Shown here: piece by piece, positions 33,673 to 43,705 of the stretch
Numbering within the stretch: position 1 is the first letter of the stretch
Layout: each line of letters starts with the position of its first letter
NCBI GenBank assembly: GCA_013360215.1
Contig: JABWCP010000021.1
Location: 1-56,117, forward strand
Direction of reading: 5' to 3'
Source: a bacterium
GTDB lineage: Bacteria; CLD3; SB21
DNA: 56,117 bases
Translations under genes and position numbers: made by a program
Notes under the pieces: model-generated
What the model saw: the letters and a program-made list of their open reading frames with translations, nothing else
Database searches by the model: none
What the model was told of the DNA's origin: nothing

Positions 33673-34314
33673 ATGCAGTATCAATCACGAAATAATCGTT
33701 ATACGTTGATGATGGATATTTCTGTCATCATAACCATCGTTCTTGCTTATATTATTTTGCATACCGTTACGATTACCGAATATGCAAAAGCTGAGATACG
33801 TACGCCGACACAGATTGAATTAACACGCGTGGACCTTACGGCTTCGCATCATGCGCCGCCGCCGCGCCGCCCGGTCGTGCCGGTTGCTACGGACCAGGAA
33901 ACGCTCCTCGGCGATGAGACAATAGATGACACGGATATTGATCTTGATGAAACGCCACCGCCGCCGCCGCCGCCGTTTAAAAAGGTAGAAAAAGGCGACG
34001 ACGACGTATTTACAGTTTATGATACGCGCCCGCTTCTCAAAGGCGGAGCTGATTTTCTTAAACGTAACCTAAAGTACCCGGAGGCCGCACAACAAGCGGG
34101 TATCGAAGGCGTGGCGTTAGTTCGTGCTGTCGTGGATGAAAAAGGAAACGTGGTCAAAGCCGAAGTAGTAAAAGAAGACGGTAATGTTGGTTTCGGTCAA
34201 GCGGCCATCGATTTTGTGCTAAAGTGCAAATTTGAACCGGCTACGTTTAAAAATAAGCCGGTGAAAGTAGCCGTAACACTGCCGATCACGTTTAGCAAGA
34301 AGAACCTTTTATAA
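33673..34314 (+). CDS. tonB: Energy transducer TonB
   Basis: N-terminal TM, Pro-rich linker, C-terminal YPEAAQQAGIEG..VDEKGNV..FEPA..KPV domain. Confidence 0.92.
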   Translation: MQYQSRNNRYTLMMDISVIITIVLAYIILHTVTITEYAKAEIRTPTQIELTRVDLTASHHAPPPRRPVVPVATDQETLLGDETIDDTDIDLDETPPPPPPPFKKVEKGDDDVFTVYDTRPLLKGGADFLKRNLKYPEAAQQAGIEGVALVRAVVDEKGNVVKAEVVKEDGNVGFGQAAIDFVLKCKFEPATFKNKPVKVAVTLPITFSKKNLL

Positions 34315-34352
34315 GGTAATCGCTGTTATTTAATAGCATCTAAATTTTATTA

Positions 34353-34387
34353 AAAACCCCTTAAGTCCGATCGGCTTAAGGGGTTTT
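34353..34387. terminator. Bidirectional terminator between tonB and the convergent lipoprotein gene
   Basis: AAAACCCCTTAAG ... CTTAAGGGGTTTT inverted repeat. Confidence 0.8.
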
Positions 34388-34468
34388 CTTATTCATGCCT
34401 ATATATTTTCATTCGAATTTGAATCTGATCTGTAAACTGTAGTACGCAGGAAGGCAAATAAATTTTGA

Positions 34469-35044
34469 CTATTTCTCCGGAACAAAAATAATATCCTGAA
34501 TTCCAGCCAAATAATCGGTAAACACGTCGGTAGGGAACTGGTGCGTCGAGCCGGATATGTAAGCGTAATCTTCAATCATTACGTTATCGAATGTCTGAGG
34601 TAAAAAGTTGTTTTTGCCTGAAATGTCTTCAAACCAATACCAATCATTAGATAAAATGGTAACCGAATAACGGTCGTCTGTCTGCACTTGGACAGGATCA
34701 ATTGCAACGTATTTTAACTCTCCGGAGTCCGCAGCGATCGTCACTGTAGTGACAATGCTCGTATCCGATAAATCCCAAAGCGTAACTTCGTATGATCCGG
34801 AATCGGGCATCATCATGCCAAGCCCTGTGATCGCTCCATCTTTTAAAAAACGAAGGCGTGGACCAAATTCATACCATGAGCTGTTGACAAAAGCATTAGT
34901 TAAAATCGTGGAATCGTGTTGGGTGAGCGAAAGAACAGGTTTTTGTTCGGAATTGTCGACCGTTGACTCACTACTAGAGTCGCATGCGGTAAAACTGACA
35001 AAACTAACAATTAAAAACAACGATACAATTTGACTAAAACGCAT
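34469..35044 (-). CDS. Lipoprotein with DUF4082-like domain
   Basis: Lipobox FTAC; YEFGPRLRFLKDGAITGL..VTLWD..PVQVQTDDRY pattern. Confidence 0.7.
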   Translation of the reverse strand: MRFSQIVSLFLIVSFVSFTACDSSSESTVDNSEQKPVLSLTQHDSTILTNAFVNSSWYEFGPRLRFLKDGAITGLGMMMPDSGSYEVTLWDLSDTSIVTTVTIAADSGELKYVAIDPVQVQTDDRYSVTILSNDWYWFEDISGKNNFLPQTFDNVMIEDYAYISGSTHQFPTDVFTDYLAGIQDIIFVPEK

Positions 35045-35172
35045 ATTTTCTCCGGTTTGATTTTATCAATTCTAAAATAATAGAATATTAAAGTAAAAAT
35101 GGCCTACATGTTAATGCGGTTTTGTAATATTTTTTATGGGAGGGGAATTGTTAAACCAGTTGTGCAAATAAC

Positions 35173-35201
35173 AAAACCTTAAGCATACAACTTAAGGTTT
35201 T
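35173..35201 (-). terminator. Terminator downstream of tRNA
   Basis: AAAACCTTAAG / CTTAAGGTTTT 11-bp stem immediately 3' of the tRNA CCA. Confidence 0.7.
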
Positions 35202-35202
35202 A

Positions 35203-35278
<76 letters not shown>

Positions 35279-35302
35279 GTTGAACATATATAAAAAGCGG
35301 TG

Positions 35303-35333
35303 CAAAGATATAAAATGAAGATACAAATTCAAA
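35303..35333 (-). promoter_or_regulatory. tRNA promoter
   Basis: Minus strand reads TTTG - 19 nt - TATCTTTG, matching the Bacteroidota -33/-7 consensus. Confidence 0.55.
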
Positions 35334-35380
35334 TAATATTTTTTGGAAGCGATAGCGAAGGTTTTTCTGAAAATATTTCG

Positions 35381-35417
35381 AATAAAAAACGCGGAGCATA
35401 AACCCCGCGTTTTTATT
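35381..35417 (-). terminator. Terminator of the STAS gene
   Basis: AAAAACGCGG ... CCGCGTTTTT stem flanked by A/T tracts. Confidence 0.75.
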
Positions 35418-35439
35418 TTAAAAATAATTTAAGAGCATC

Positions 35440-35850
35440 TTATGCGCCGGATGTCTGAAAACTTTTGATGGCATCGTCCAGTGTATTATGAATTTCGAAA
35501 ATCTCGTTAAGTTTAGTACTGGTGAGTACATTGCGAACAAAGTCAGAAACACCGCCGATTTTCATGATGCCGTCTTTATCTGCTGCGGCTTTGTAGAGGT
35601 TAATAAATTTACCAAGTCCGGTGCTATTGATCCGTTTGAGTTTGGTAAGATCCAATATGATCGAGTGATAATTTTCGGCAAGCAATTCATGGACGGCCTT
35701 TTCGAGCATTTTCATGTGTTCTTCCGTCATCATCTTGTCGTCAATTTCCACGCTGGCTAAGTCGTCCGTTATACGATGGGTGGTCACTTTGACGGCGCTT
35801 TCGCTTGCGATTTGTACTTTTTTGCTCTGTTTCATGGGTTTTTCGTACAT
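35440..35850 (-). CDS. STAS-domain anti-sigma-factor antagonist
   Basis: IILDLTKLKRINSTGLG with phosphorylatable Ser; TKLNEIFEI..LDDAI.SF. Confidence 0.88.
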   Translation of the reverse strand: MYEKPMKQSKKVQIASESAVKVTTHRITDDLASVEIDDKMMTEEHMKMLEKAVHELLAENYHSIILDLTKLKRINSTGLGKFINLYKAAADKDGIMKIGGVSDFVRNVLTSTKLNEIFEIHNTLDDAIKSFQTSGA

Positions 35851-35855
35851 AAAAG

Positions 35856-36290
35856 TTATGAAGTCTTTCCTAATTTCGAATTAATGACTAAAAGGTGCTC
35901 GTTCATTTCCTGAAGGTGGCGTTGTAGGATGAGTAATTCTTCGCCGGTTTTTTGCATGGCGGCATCATCGCCGGAACGACCTCCGTAGGCCATACTGTTA
36001 CAGATTTCATCAAATGTGTCAGAGGCATGTTTGAGGTAGGTTGCAAAGTAACGAACTTCTTCGCGCACTTCTGAGAACTCAAGATTATTCCGCTGAACGA
36101 GTTCGCCGGCTTTAAGGCGCAGATACGTCACATTCAACTTGAATGTGGTGAGGTCGGAGATGACACGGTCAATGTCGGCTTCGCGCGCGTACGCGCCATC
36201 CTGCATTCGCATATCCGATTGCATAACGCGCAGATCCTGATGCGTACGACGCAAATCCTCCGCCAATTCCCGGATTTTTTCAACGATCAT
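35856..36290 (-). CDS. Hypothetical helical-bundle protein
   Basis: 144-aa ORF with heptad pattern, 5 nt upstream of the STAS gene. Confidence 0.7.
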   Translation of the reverse strand: MIVEKIRELAEDLRRTHQDLRVMQSDMRMQDGAYAREADIDRVISDLTTFKLNVTYLRLKAGELVQRNNLEFSEVREEVRYFATYLKHASDTFDEICNSMAYGGRSGDDAAMQKTGEELLILQRHLQEMNEHLLVINSKLGKTS

Positions 36291-36388
36291 ATATTTTTTT
36301 TGTGAAAGGTTAAATGTATTCGCAAACGCAGAACCGTTTGTGGTGTGACATTTATTATATAATTAATTTACCCGATACAAGCAACAAA

Positions 36389-37393
36389 TTATTTATACGC
36401 CGCACGGGTCAAGTCAAACATAAGATTGGCAGCGGATTGTCGTACCTGCGATACGGATGAAATACTTTGATTCGTCGCAGCAATTATTTCACCGGTTTCT
36501 ACCCGGATCAAGCGTCCATCTACTTCGTAACCTTGCGCCATCGGGCGTATGTTTCCTACAAGGATTGCATCCACACCCATGATATAACCGGTTTCAACCG
36601 CTGTTTCCGCATCGACGGCGTCCGTCATTTGAAAATCCTGTTCGGTCATAATTTTTTCTAAATTTTCACGTTCGACCACTCTGAAACATTGCGTTTGCAC
36701 GGCGGCTGTAGTGAGGTACGACGCCGTCGAAGATCCGAGTGTTGTGTCATTCAAAGAAGGTGCAACGGATAAAGAAAAAATCGCCAGTCGTAAACGACGT
36801 TCGGACGCAACCGTAGGCAAGTCGTCGGGGATCGTAAGATGTGTTTCCGTTGCCGGTTTTTCTTTTGCGTATGGCATTTCCTTGCGCTGGCTTTGTCGTG
36901 TAGAGGCCAGGAGTTGCTTCTTAAACGATGCGATATCTTGATGGGGGTTATCAAAAAACTCCGCATCGTCGGACGATGCGTTATCCGATTGAGCCCGATT
37001 GATTATTTGTAAAGCCTTAAGCGGTTTACCGTTGCGATAAGCGATTTCAGCCAGTGTACGTGCAACCGCAGGACGGTGGTATTCGGATTCAGGGATGGTC
37101 TTAATGAATTTTTTTGCTGATTTCAGATCATCCTGTTCCATCAAAATTTTAGAAATCAGAATAAGACTCAATACATGCGTTGGATGTTTGTCTAATGTAT
37201 TTTTTAATAATTTTTGAGCTTTGGGAATATCTTTTTCTTTGTAAGCTTTAAAAGCCATTCGAAAAGCTACTTGCGGATCATCGGAGGCGTTATTTTTTTT
37301 ATCGATACGATTTCGACTTCCGCCGCGAACCTGTGTGTAGGACAGTTCGGTAATCGTCAGCAAACAAAGTAATGTGATAATAAAATATTTCAT
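36389..37393 (-). CDS. Exported TPR protein with C-terminal CsgG/FlgO-like domain
   Basis: Signal peptide from ATG 37393; TPR-like helices; FRVVERENLEKIMTEQ..G....VDAILVG..RLIRVETGEI. Confidence 0.8.
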   Translation of the reverse strand: MKYFIITLLCLLTITELSYTQVRGGSRNRIDKKNNASDDPQVAFRMAFKAYKEKDIPKAQKLLKNTLDKHPTHVLSLILISKILMEQDDLKSAKKFIKTIPESEYHRPAVARTLAEIAYRNGKPLKALQIINRAQSDNASSDDAEFFDNPHQDIASFKKQLLASTRQSQRKEMPYAKEKPATETHLTIPDDLPTVASERRLRLAIFSLSVAPSLNDTTLGSSTASYLTTAAVQTQCFRVVERENLEKIMTEQDFQMTDAVDAETAVETGYIMGVDAILVGNIRPMAQGYEVDGRLIRVETGEIIAATNQSISSVSQVRQSAANLMFDLTRAAYK

Positions 37394-37959
37394 GCTTTTT
37401 TCCGTTGGTTTTGCATGAATACCCATAACCGCTGCGCGTAAACGTAAAAAGATAAAATTAACATAATAAACGTAAGCCAGAGGAACGACTGGAAAAGCCA
37501 TTCGATACTAAAATTGTTTCGCACTACGAAAATAGCAAATGTAAGCCCCAGCACTGTAAACGCCCATTTTCCGAGCATATTGGAAGTAAAAAGATAGTTG
37601 TATTTTTGTTTGACGTACATTGCCGCCGTAAAAATTACCACATCGCGTACGATTGCCACGATCAGCAACCACAAGGGAAAATCGGGCCTGATCAGAGCAA
37701 GATAAACCAAAATAATCGCCGAAACGATTTTGTCGGCAAGGGGGTCAATGATTTTCCCCAATTCCGTGACTTGATCCAATCGGCGCGCCAAATAGCCATC
37801 AAATAAATCCGTAAAACCGGCGATCAATATAGTGATCAGTGCGTAGATGTTGGCCGTCGGATCTTCGATACCCTGATGTAAAAAATAAAGTATCGGTACG
37901 GCGAATACGATTCGCAGCATGCTGAGAATATTGGAGATGGTAAAGATGCGGTTATTCAT
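37390..37959 (-). CDS. CDP-alcohol phosphatidyltransferase (PgsA-like)
   Basis: TISNILSMLRI, TDLFDGYLARR..VTELGKIIDPLADK. Confidence 0.92.
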   Translation of the reverse strand: MNNRIFTISNILSMLRIVFAVPILYFLHQGIEDPTANIYALITILIAGFTDLFDGYLARRLDQVTELGKIIDPLADKIVSAIILVYLALIRPDFPLWLLIVAIVRDVVIFTAAMYVKQKYNYLFTSNMLGKWAFTVLGLTFAIFVVRNNFSIEWLFQSFLWLTFIMLILSFYVYAQRLWVFMQNQRKKA

Positions 37960-38947
37960 ACGAACGAGTAAGATTATAAATTATTAAATTTTCCAATCGG
38001 CGCATAGCCGGATGTTTTCTTTCATTCTGAGGTCCGAAAGCCAATGCGACGCCTATTTTTTTTGGTTTATTCGTCGGTGTCAATGACGCATATAACCAAA
38101 GTGGCCCGCCAAATGCATTAGTGCGATTTTTTGTAGTCCAAACGGCACACATTCGTAACAAAGGACCGGATGTTGTGTACAAGGTATCGCTCGTAATAAA
38201 GTCATCGCGGTATTGCAAAGAATCCGGCAGTGCATTAAGTAACTTCTGAGTATGTCCGCCGAGCGATGTTGATGTGTTATCCGAATCGCCTGTAAATGTA
38301 CTAAACAAAATCCATTCTTGAAAGCGTTCAGTTGATCGGTACCAAAAAAAAGTTTTCGGCAGCGGCGCAGGCTGTTGTGAGAAGCCGTCATATAGATAAA
38401 AAGTATCGGCGTCCGCGTTGGGGACAGGCAAAGTGCTAAAATGATCATGTTGCGTCATGGCCATTTCCTGTTCACGTCGTTTTTCTTCCAAACGCCGATG
38501 CAGCATTACTCCTTCAGTTGCGCAGCGACGGGCCATAGTTTCGTAATCCGGAGTGCATAAAACCCATATCATTTGTCCTTGCGCCCAGGGTGATTCTTTT
38601 TCCAGAATCCATAATTGACCTTCGCGGACGGCTTTTTCATCATCGGGCGAAAGGGTGGAACGTATCCATTTTGAAACAGCATCATGAGCGTCGAGCGATC
38701 CGGCAAAGAGCAGGTATCGGAAATGACGGTAAACGGTGAATTGATCCATAGTTTGATGCTGTACATCAAAAGCCGTCTCAGCTCTCGGCATGAACCATGT
38801 TTTATGAAGCGAAGCCGTAATGACCGGGGATAACGTACTGTCACAAAAAAGAATAAGCGTGTCCGTTCCTCCGATGGCCTCTGTTTGTGTCGGTTTACAA
38901 CTTCCTAAAAATAATACAACGAAAAGCAGTTTACGATACGACGGCAT
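37952..38947 (-). CDS. DUF4837-like lipoprotein
   Basis: Lipobox LGSC; PRAETAFDV, PWAQGQ, GGP, KHPAMRRLE pattern. Confidence 0.65.
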   Translation of the reverse strand: MPSYRKLLFVVLFLGSCKPTQTEAIGGTDTLILFCDSTLSPVITASLHKTWFMPRAETAFDVQHQTMDQFTVYRHFRYLLFAGSLDAHDAVSKWIRSTLSPDDEKAVREGQLWILEKESPWAQGQMIWVLCTPDYETMARRCATEGVMLHRRLEEKRREQEMAMTQHDHFSTLPVPNADADTFYLYDGFSQQPAPLPKTFFWYRSTERFQEWILFSTFTGDSDNTSTSLGGHTQKLLNALPDSLQYRDDFITSDTLYTTSGPLLRMCAVWTTKNRTNAFGGPLWLYASLTPTNKPKKIGVALAFGPQNERKHPAMRRLENLIIYNLTRSYE

Positions 38948-39911
38948 GTTCCGCTTTATTTTTTCTCAGCATAAAAATAAAACCACCGGGCAAAGTTGAA
39001 ACGGCAGATAAAAGATACGTTACGAAACCGATCGAAAAAGCGATCTCTGAAGAAACACCGATTTTGCGAAAAAGAAATACTGTGGTTTGTTCGCGGGGGC
39101 CCGTGCCGCCGATGGAAATGGGCAAACTGGCTGCCAGTGAAATCATGGGTACAAACAGGATGTAAAACATCAACGAAGATGTATCGCCCAGCGCACGGCC
39201 GATGGCCGCTATAGCGATGATGCGAAGCATTTGCACTCCGCCTGCAATCAGAAAAACGCGCATCAAAAGTCGCGGTGCTGTACGAAAACGATTCAATTCA
39301 CTGTAAAGATGATCAACCCGCATTCTTAACCGTTTAGGTACGAGCCATGCCAGCGGTGTTAGGAGAAATACGGCCAAAGGGCGGTGAAAAAGAAGAATCA
39401 AACCGAATATCCACAGGAGTAAAAGCCCGGTGATGGCAAAAAACATTCGCAAAGATTCACCTTGACCAATTAAAAAAATACCGGAAATGCACGCATATAA
39501 AATAAGGATCAATAAACCCACGAAACGATCAAAAAAAACGACGGCCAAAGCCGGTGAAAGGCGTTGCGGATCAGCGGTATGGCGATGAATATCATACACT
39601 CGCAACACATCACCCCCCATACCGCTTATGAGAAAATTATTAAAAAAAAGTCCCACATAATAATACCCAACGACCGTCGGGTATTTCAATCGGATATCAC
39701 CGATCGCTAATATGCTCTGCCACTGCCATGCACCAAGCAGATAACTCAATGTAAGAAGTATAAATGATGCTAATATCCAATTAACGTTGATGGATTGCCA
39801 AATCGTTATCATCGCCGTTAAATCAATACTCCGTACAGCCCAATACATCAAGCCCAAGCTTACGGCGATTTTTAAAACCGTCCATATGTATTTTCGCCAT
39901 GTCACGGGCAT
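38931..39911 (-). CDS. Lysylphosphatidylglycerol-synthase TM / UPF0104 flippase-like membrane protein
   Basis: LKIAVS, GLFFNNFL.SGMGGDVLR, DRFVGL, LPISIGG.GPRE. Confidence 0.88.
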   Translation of the reverse strand: MPVTWRKYIWTVLKIAVSLGLMYWAVRSIDLTAMITIWQSINVNWILASFILLTLSYLLGAWQWQSILAIGDIRLKYPTVVGYYYVGLFFNNFLISGMGGDVLRVYDIHRHTADPQRLSPALAVVFFDRFVGLLILILYACISGIFLIGQGESLRMFFAITGLLLLWIFGLILLFHRPLAVFLLTPLAWLVPKRLRMRVDHLYSELNRFRTAPRLLMRVFLIAGGVQMLRIIAIAAIGRALGDTSSLMFYILFVPMISLAASLPISIGGTGPREQTTVFLFRKIGVSSEIAFSIGFVTYLLSAVSTLPGGFIFMLRKNKAEHAVVS

Positions 39912-39915
39912 GGTC

Positions 39916-42792
39916 TTACGGTTTGATTTTGGATTTCAGTTCATTGAGCTTAGCCTGTGCCTGTACATCTTTCGGATTGAAAGCTATCCACTGTTCCAAA
40001 ACCTGAGCCGCTTGCGCGTATTCGCCAAGCTGTTCGAGCGCCATCGTATAATACCCGAGAATTTCGGGGTTGGTCGGATCGGCCTGCGACATCGGCTCGA
40101 GTATTTTTTTAGCGCGTTCCGCGTCTTTCAGATTGAAAAGAAACATGGCGGCCACACGCAGTTTACCGGGCGGGTCTAGACGCACGGCTTTCTCGTTAGC
40201 GAGAATATCTTCTGCGGCCTCACGCAATTTTTCGGGTTTGCCCGCATCCGAATAAAACTGACCGATCGCCAGTTTCAGACGGTAGTCGCGTACAGGAATG
40301 ACGTTTTGTGGAATCGTTTTTTCCATCGAATCTAAAATCGCAACAATTTTCTGATTGGTCGTAAATTCGGCCGGATACGCGTCATCAATCTGTGTATGCA
40401 ATCCGGAGGACATGTTTTTTTGTGTACGATAATATTCGGCCATACGCAGGTACAGCGTGCGGTAGTTTTGTGTCAATCGCCGAACGTTATCGTCATACGC
40501 CACGTTCGGATTGTTCATATTACGGTATTTGTATTTCTTGAATGTGTTTTCATACATGTGATCAATAGACATATCGGTGCCTGGCACACCGACAAGTTTC
40601 ATCGCCAGACCGTCCATGCGCAGGTATTTATCCAGACCGCACATATTGTCATTGCTAACAGTGATAGCAAAATAAATCGGGCGTTCAAATTTATTAGCAA
40701 AAAGAATATCCAGCACCATCAGATCCTGTACACGTAACCCGCGACCTTGGATGGTCGGTTCGACGGTGAATTTCATTTTAGGAACGGTCATCGTATCGTA
40801 ACCGGCGGGAAGCTTGCGGCCGGATTCGACCCAATCTTTCCAGTACACGTCTTTGGGAACATCGAGCGCAAAGTCACGGCGGTCCCAGCGCATGGGCTGG
40901 ATGGATGAATTGGGAATTTTGGGGTCGCCCAAAATTTCGCGATCACTAAATCCGACAGGTACTTTGAGCGCTTTGAATGTCGTACCGTCCGGCATGTGGT
41001 ACAAGGGTTCAAGGTTTTTCATCTGATTGATATACCATTCCGTATTGACGAGGCTCAGATTGACGATACGTACATCAGGGCGCACTTTTTCGACTTCCTG
41101 TAAATACCAGAGCGGGAAGGTATCGTTATCGCCGTTCGTGTAGAGAATGGCATTCGGTTCGCAGGTCACCAACAAGTTGTACGAATAATCCCAGGCCACA
41201 TAGTTGCCCTGACGGCTGGAAGAAAATTTGTTGTATACAAACATGTTGAGCGGCAGCAGTACAAAGGCAACACCTGTTACGCCGTATGTCAGCATGCGCG
41301 TCATGTCGCTGTCTTTAAATTTTTCTTCGATAAATTCAAAGATCGCATAAATACCAATGCCGATCCAAATCGAAAATGCAAAGAAGGCGCCGACATACGA
41401 ATAGTCTCGTTCGCGTGGCTGAGGATCCGGTTGATTGACATACACAATGATCATGATGCCGGTCATGATAAAAAGTCCCAACGTCGAAAGTGCACGTTTC
41501 CAGTCTTTGCTGAAATGATGAATCATGCCGAAAATACCGACGAGGAACGGTAACGCGTACAATCCGCGGAAGCTCAACACGGTGTACATATAGCTGTAGC
41601 GGTCTTCTTGCGTGTCTTGCAATTTATCCACACTCCAACCGATGGCATTGCGCAGGTGATCAATAAGGGACAACGCGTATTCGTCCGGGCGACCTATGAA
41701 TTGCCAGTTAAAATAACGGACAAACATCTTTTTGATCTGATATTCCCAGATCGGTGCGTTACGCGGCCACAGCACAAGTTCGCCGTATTGCTCACGGTTG
41801 AGGTAGCTGATGAATTTGCTCCACGTATCAGGGTCGTTTTGATCCACATTGGGGTTGAGTCCTGAGCGAATCATGATCGTCGCATACGTCGAATATCCGA
41901 GAAAAATCAATAGTGATGAAATGACGATCAGTGCGCCATTATGGTTATTATTGCGGATCATAATAAACGAAAGATAAATCAGCACGGCAAACATCAGGAA
42001 CACGGAAACCGTGCTCAGACCAAAACGATCCAGCATAAAAGGAATTTGAATAGAATAGAAAAGAAATACTTTGTAAATCACGCCCATCGCGATGAGACCG
42101 ATCAGTAAAAATTTGAAAAAACCGGAAAAAGTGATTTCAAATTTTTTGGTATAAATCAGGAAGAAAATAAACGGCAACGCAAGAATCACCAAAAGGTGAA
42201 TACCTATAGCGAGCCCGAGGATATAAGCGATCAGAAGAAGATATACATCGCTGTGGATATCATCCGGCTTTTCCAGCCACACCGTGATCAGCCATGTCAC
42301 GATCGCCGTACAAAAAATCGAAGCCGCATAGACTTCCGATTCGACCGCATTAAACCATTGGCTATAGGTGAATGCAAACGTAAGTGCACTGATGGCCGAA
42401 GCGATGACGATTTTCAGCGAACCAAACGTTGATTCCGGACGTTCTTTCCACTGCAGGATCAGGCGTACTGTCGTCAGATACAAAAACAATACGGCGAAAG
42501 CACTGGTAAATGTTGAAATCAGATTGATACGAAAAGCAATGTCGTAATCGGTAACGGCTAAACCCAATGCGTGACCGATACCGGAGGTCGGCAGAATGGA
42601 AAAAATTCGACCCAGTAAAAGAAACAGAGGCGAGCCGGGCGGGTGGGGAATAGCCATAGTGTATGCCGTTGCGGCAAATTCGCCACAATCCCAATATGAA
42701 AGTGTCGGCGAAATCGTAAAAAGATAGCCGAGGAAAGCCACCGCAAATACGATCGCGGCAGTTATGCGGTTGATAAAAGCAAAGCGGTTCAT
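39916..42792 (-). CDS. Large DUF2723 / TMEM260-like GT-C glycosyltransferase with C-terminal TPR
   Basis: SPTLSYWDCGEF, PHPPGSPL, WFNAVESEVY, YLNREQYG, QPRERDYSY, TNGDNDTFPLWYLQEVE..RPDVR. Confidence 0.92.
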   Translation of the reverse strand: MNRFAFINRITAAIVFAVAFLGYLFTISPTLSYWDCGEFAATAYTMAIPHPPGSPLFLLLGRIFSILPTSGIGHALGLAVTDYDIAFRINLISTFTSAFAVLFLYLTTVRLILQWKERPESTFGSLKIVIASAISALTFAFTYSQWFNAVESEVYAASIFCTAIVTWLITVWLEKPDDIHSDVYLLLIAYILGLAIGIHLLVILALPFIFFLIYTKKFEITFSGFFKFLLIGLIAMGVIYKVFLFYSIQIPFMLDRFGLSTVSVFLMFAVLIYLSFIMIRNNNHNGALIVISSLLIFLGYSTYATIMIRSGLNPNVDQNDPDTWSKFISYLNREQYGELVLWPRNAPIWEYQIKKMFVRYFNWQFIGRPDEYALSLIDHLRNAIGWSVDKLQDTQEDRYSYMYTVLSFRGLYALPFLVGIFGMIHHFSKDWKRALSTLGLFIMTGIMIIVYVNQPDPQPRERDYSYVGAFFAFSIWIGIGIYAIFEFIEEKFKDSDMTRMLTYGVTGVAFVLLPLNMFVYNKFSSSRQGNYVAWDYSYNLLVTCEPNAILYTNGDNDTFPLWYLQEVEKVRPDVRIVNLSLVNTEWYINQMKNLEPLYHMPDGTTFKALKVPVGFSDREILGDPKIPNSSIQPMRWDRRDFALDVPKDVYWKDWVESGRKLPAGYDTMTVPKMKFTVEPTIQGRGLRVQDLMVLDILFANKFERPIYFAITVSNDNMCGLDKYLRMDGLAMKLVGVPGTDMSIDHMYENTFKKYKYRNMNNPNVAYDDNVRRLTQNYRTLYLRMAEYYRTQKNMSSGLHTQIDDAYPAEFTTNQKIVAILDSMEKTIPQNVIPVRDYRLKLAIGQFYSDAGKPEKLREAAEDILANEKAVRLDPPGKLRVAAMFLFNLKDAERAKKILEPMSQADPTNPEILGYYTMALEQLGEYAQAAQVLEQWIAFNPKDVQAQAKLNELKSKIKP

Positions 42793-42824
42793 TCTGTGTT
42801 AGCGCTCCTATAAATGAATAAATA

Positions 42825-43685
42825 TTATTTGTCGGATCGTTCGGCCATATAAGCACGCAAGGCATCTTGCCAGGGGCGCATACGATCTATGCCGAGTTTT
42901 TGTAATGCGGCATTTTCTAAAACCGAATACGCCGGGCGGCGAACAGGACTGCCGAAGGCCGCGACTGTCGTGCGCTCCAAGCGCGTCGTATAACCGGCTA
43001 TTGAAAAAATAGTTTGCGTAAAATCGTACCACGAACAAGCGCCGGCATTGGTCGCATGAAAAATCCCCGCCGGTTTGCCGTTTAACATCAGTGCGATTTG
43101 CCCAGCCAAGTCGCGTGTGTAGGTCGGCGTCAGCACTTCGTCATCCACGACTTTTACGATCGCGCGTTCACGGCCAAGCCGAAGCATGGTCTCAACAAAA
43201 TTTGTCTTTTTTCCGCGGCATTCGAATATCCCGTACAATCCCGATGTGCGCACCACCGCTGCGGCCGGATGATATGCATTCACAAAATGATCGCCGGCGA
43301 GTTTGGTGATGCCATACGTGTTAACCGGAGCCGTAAGATCGGATTCGATGTACGGAGTTTTTTTATTACCGTCGAAAACATAATCGGTGCTGATGTGTAT
43401 CAAATACGCATTCACTATTCGGCTGGCATCCGCAATATGTCTTGCGGCAAGCGCGTTGACGGTAAAAGCTTCCTCCGTATGTAGTTCGCAACCGGGAACA
43501 TCCGTCATGGCGGCGCAATTAACGACCGCATCCGGGCGATGTTTTTCTGTGGTGCTTAGAACCTGTGCGGAATCGGAAATATCACATTCCGAACGGCTAA
43601 TCGCTATAACGTGATGTTGATCGGCTAATACACGTTGAATGTCTTTACCCAGCTGGCCGCTTCCGCCCCAAAGCAATATCGTCAT
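42825..43685 (-). CDS. rfbD: dTDP-4-dehydrorhamnose reductase
   Basis: GGSGQLG, NCAAMTDV, HISTDYVFDG, YGITKLAG, RPAYSVL. Confidence 0.93.
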   Translation of the reverse strand: MTILLWGGSGQLGKDIQRVLADQHHVIAISRSECDISDSAQVLSTTEKHRPDAVVNCAAMTDVPGCELHTEEAFTVNALAARHIADASRIVNAYLIHISTDYVFDGNKKTPYIESDLTAPVNTYGITKLAGDHFVNAYHPAAAVVRTSGLYGIFECRGKKTNFVETMLRLGRERAIVKVVDDEVLTPTYTRDLAGQIALMLNGKPAGIFHATNAGACSWYDFTQTIFSIAGYTTRLERTTVAAFGSPVRRPAYSVLENAALQKLGIDRMRPWQDALRAYMAERSDK

Positions 43686-43705
43686 GAAAAAACCATAATC
43701 CTTAA

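Noticed and set aside
33853..33975. CCG-rich tandem runs
   Set aside because: Encode the normal poly-proline linker of TonB
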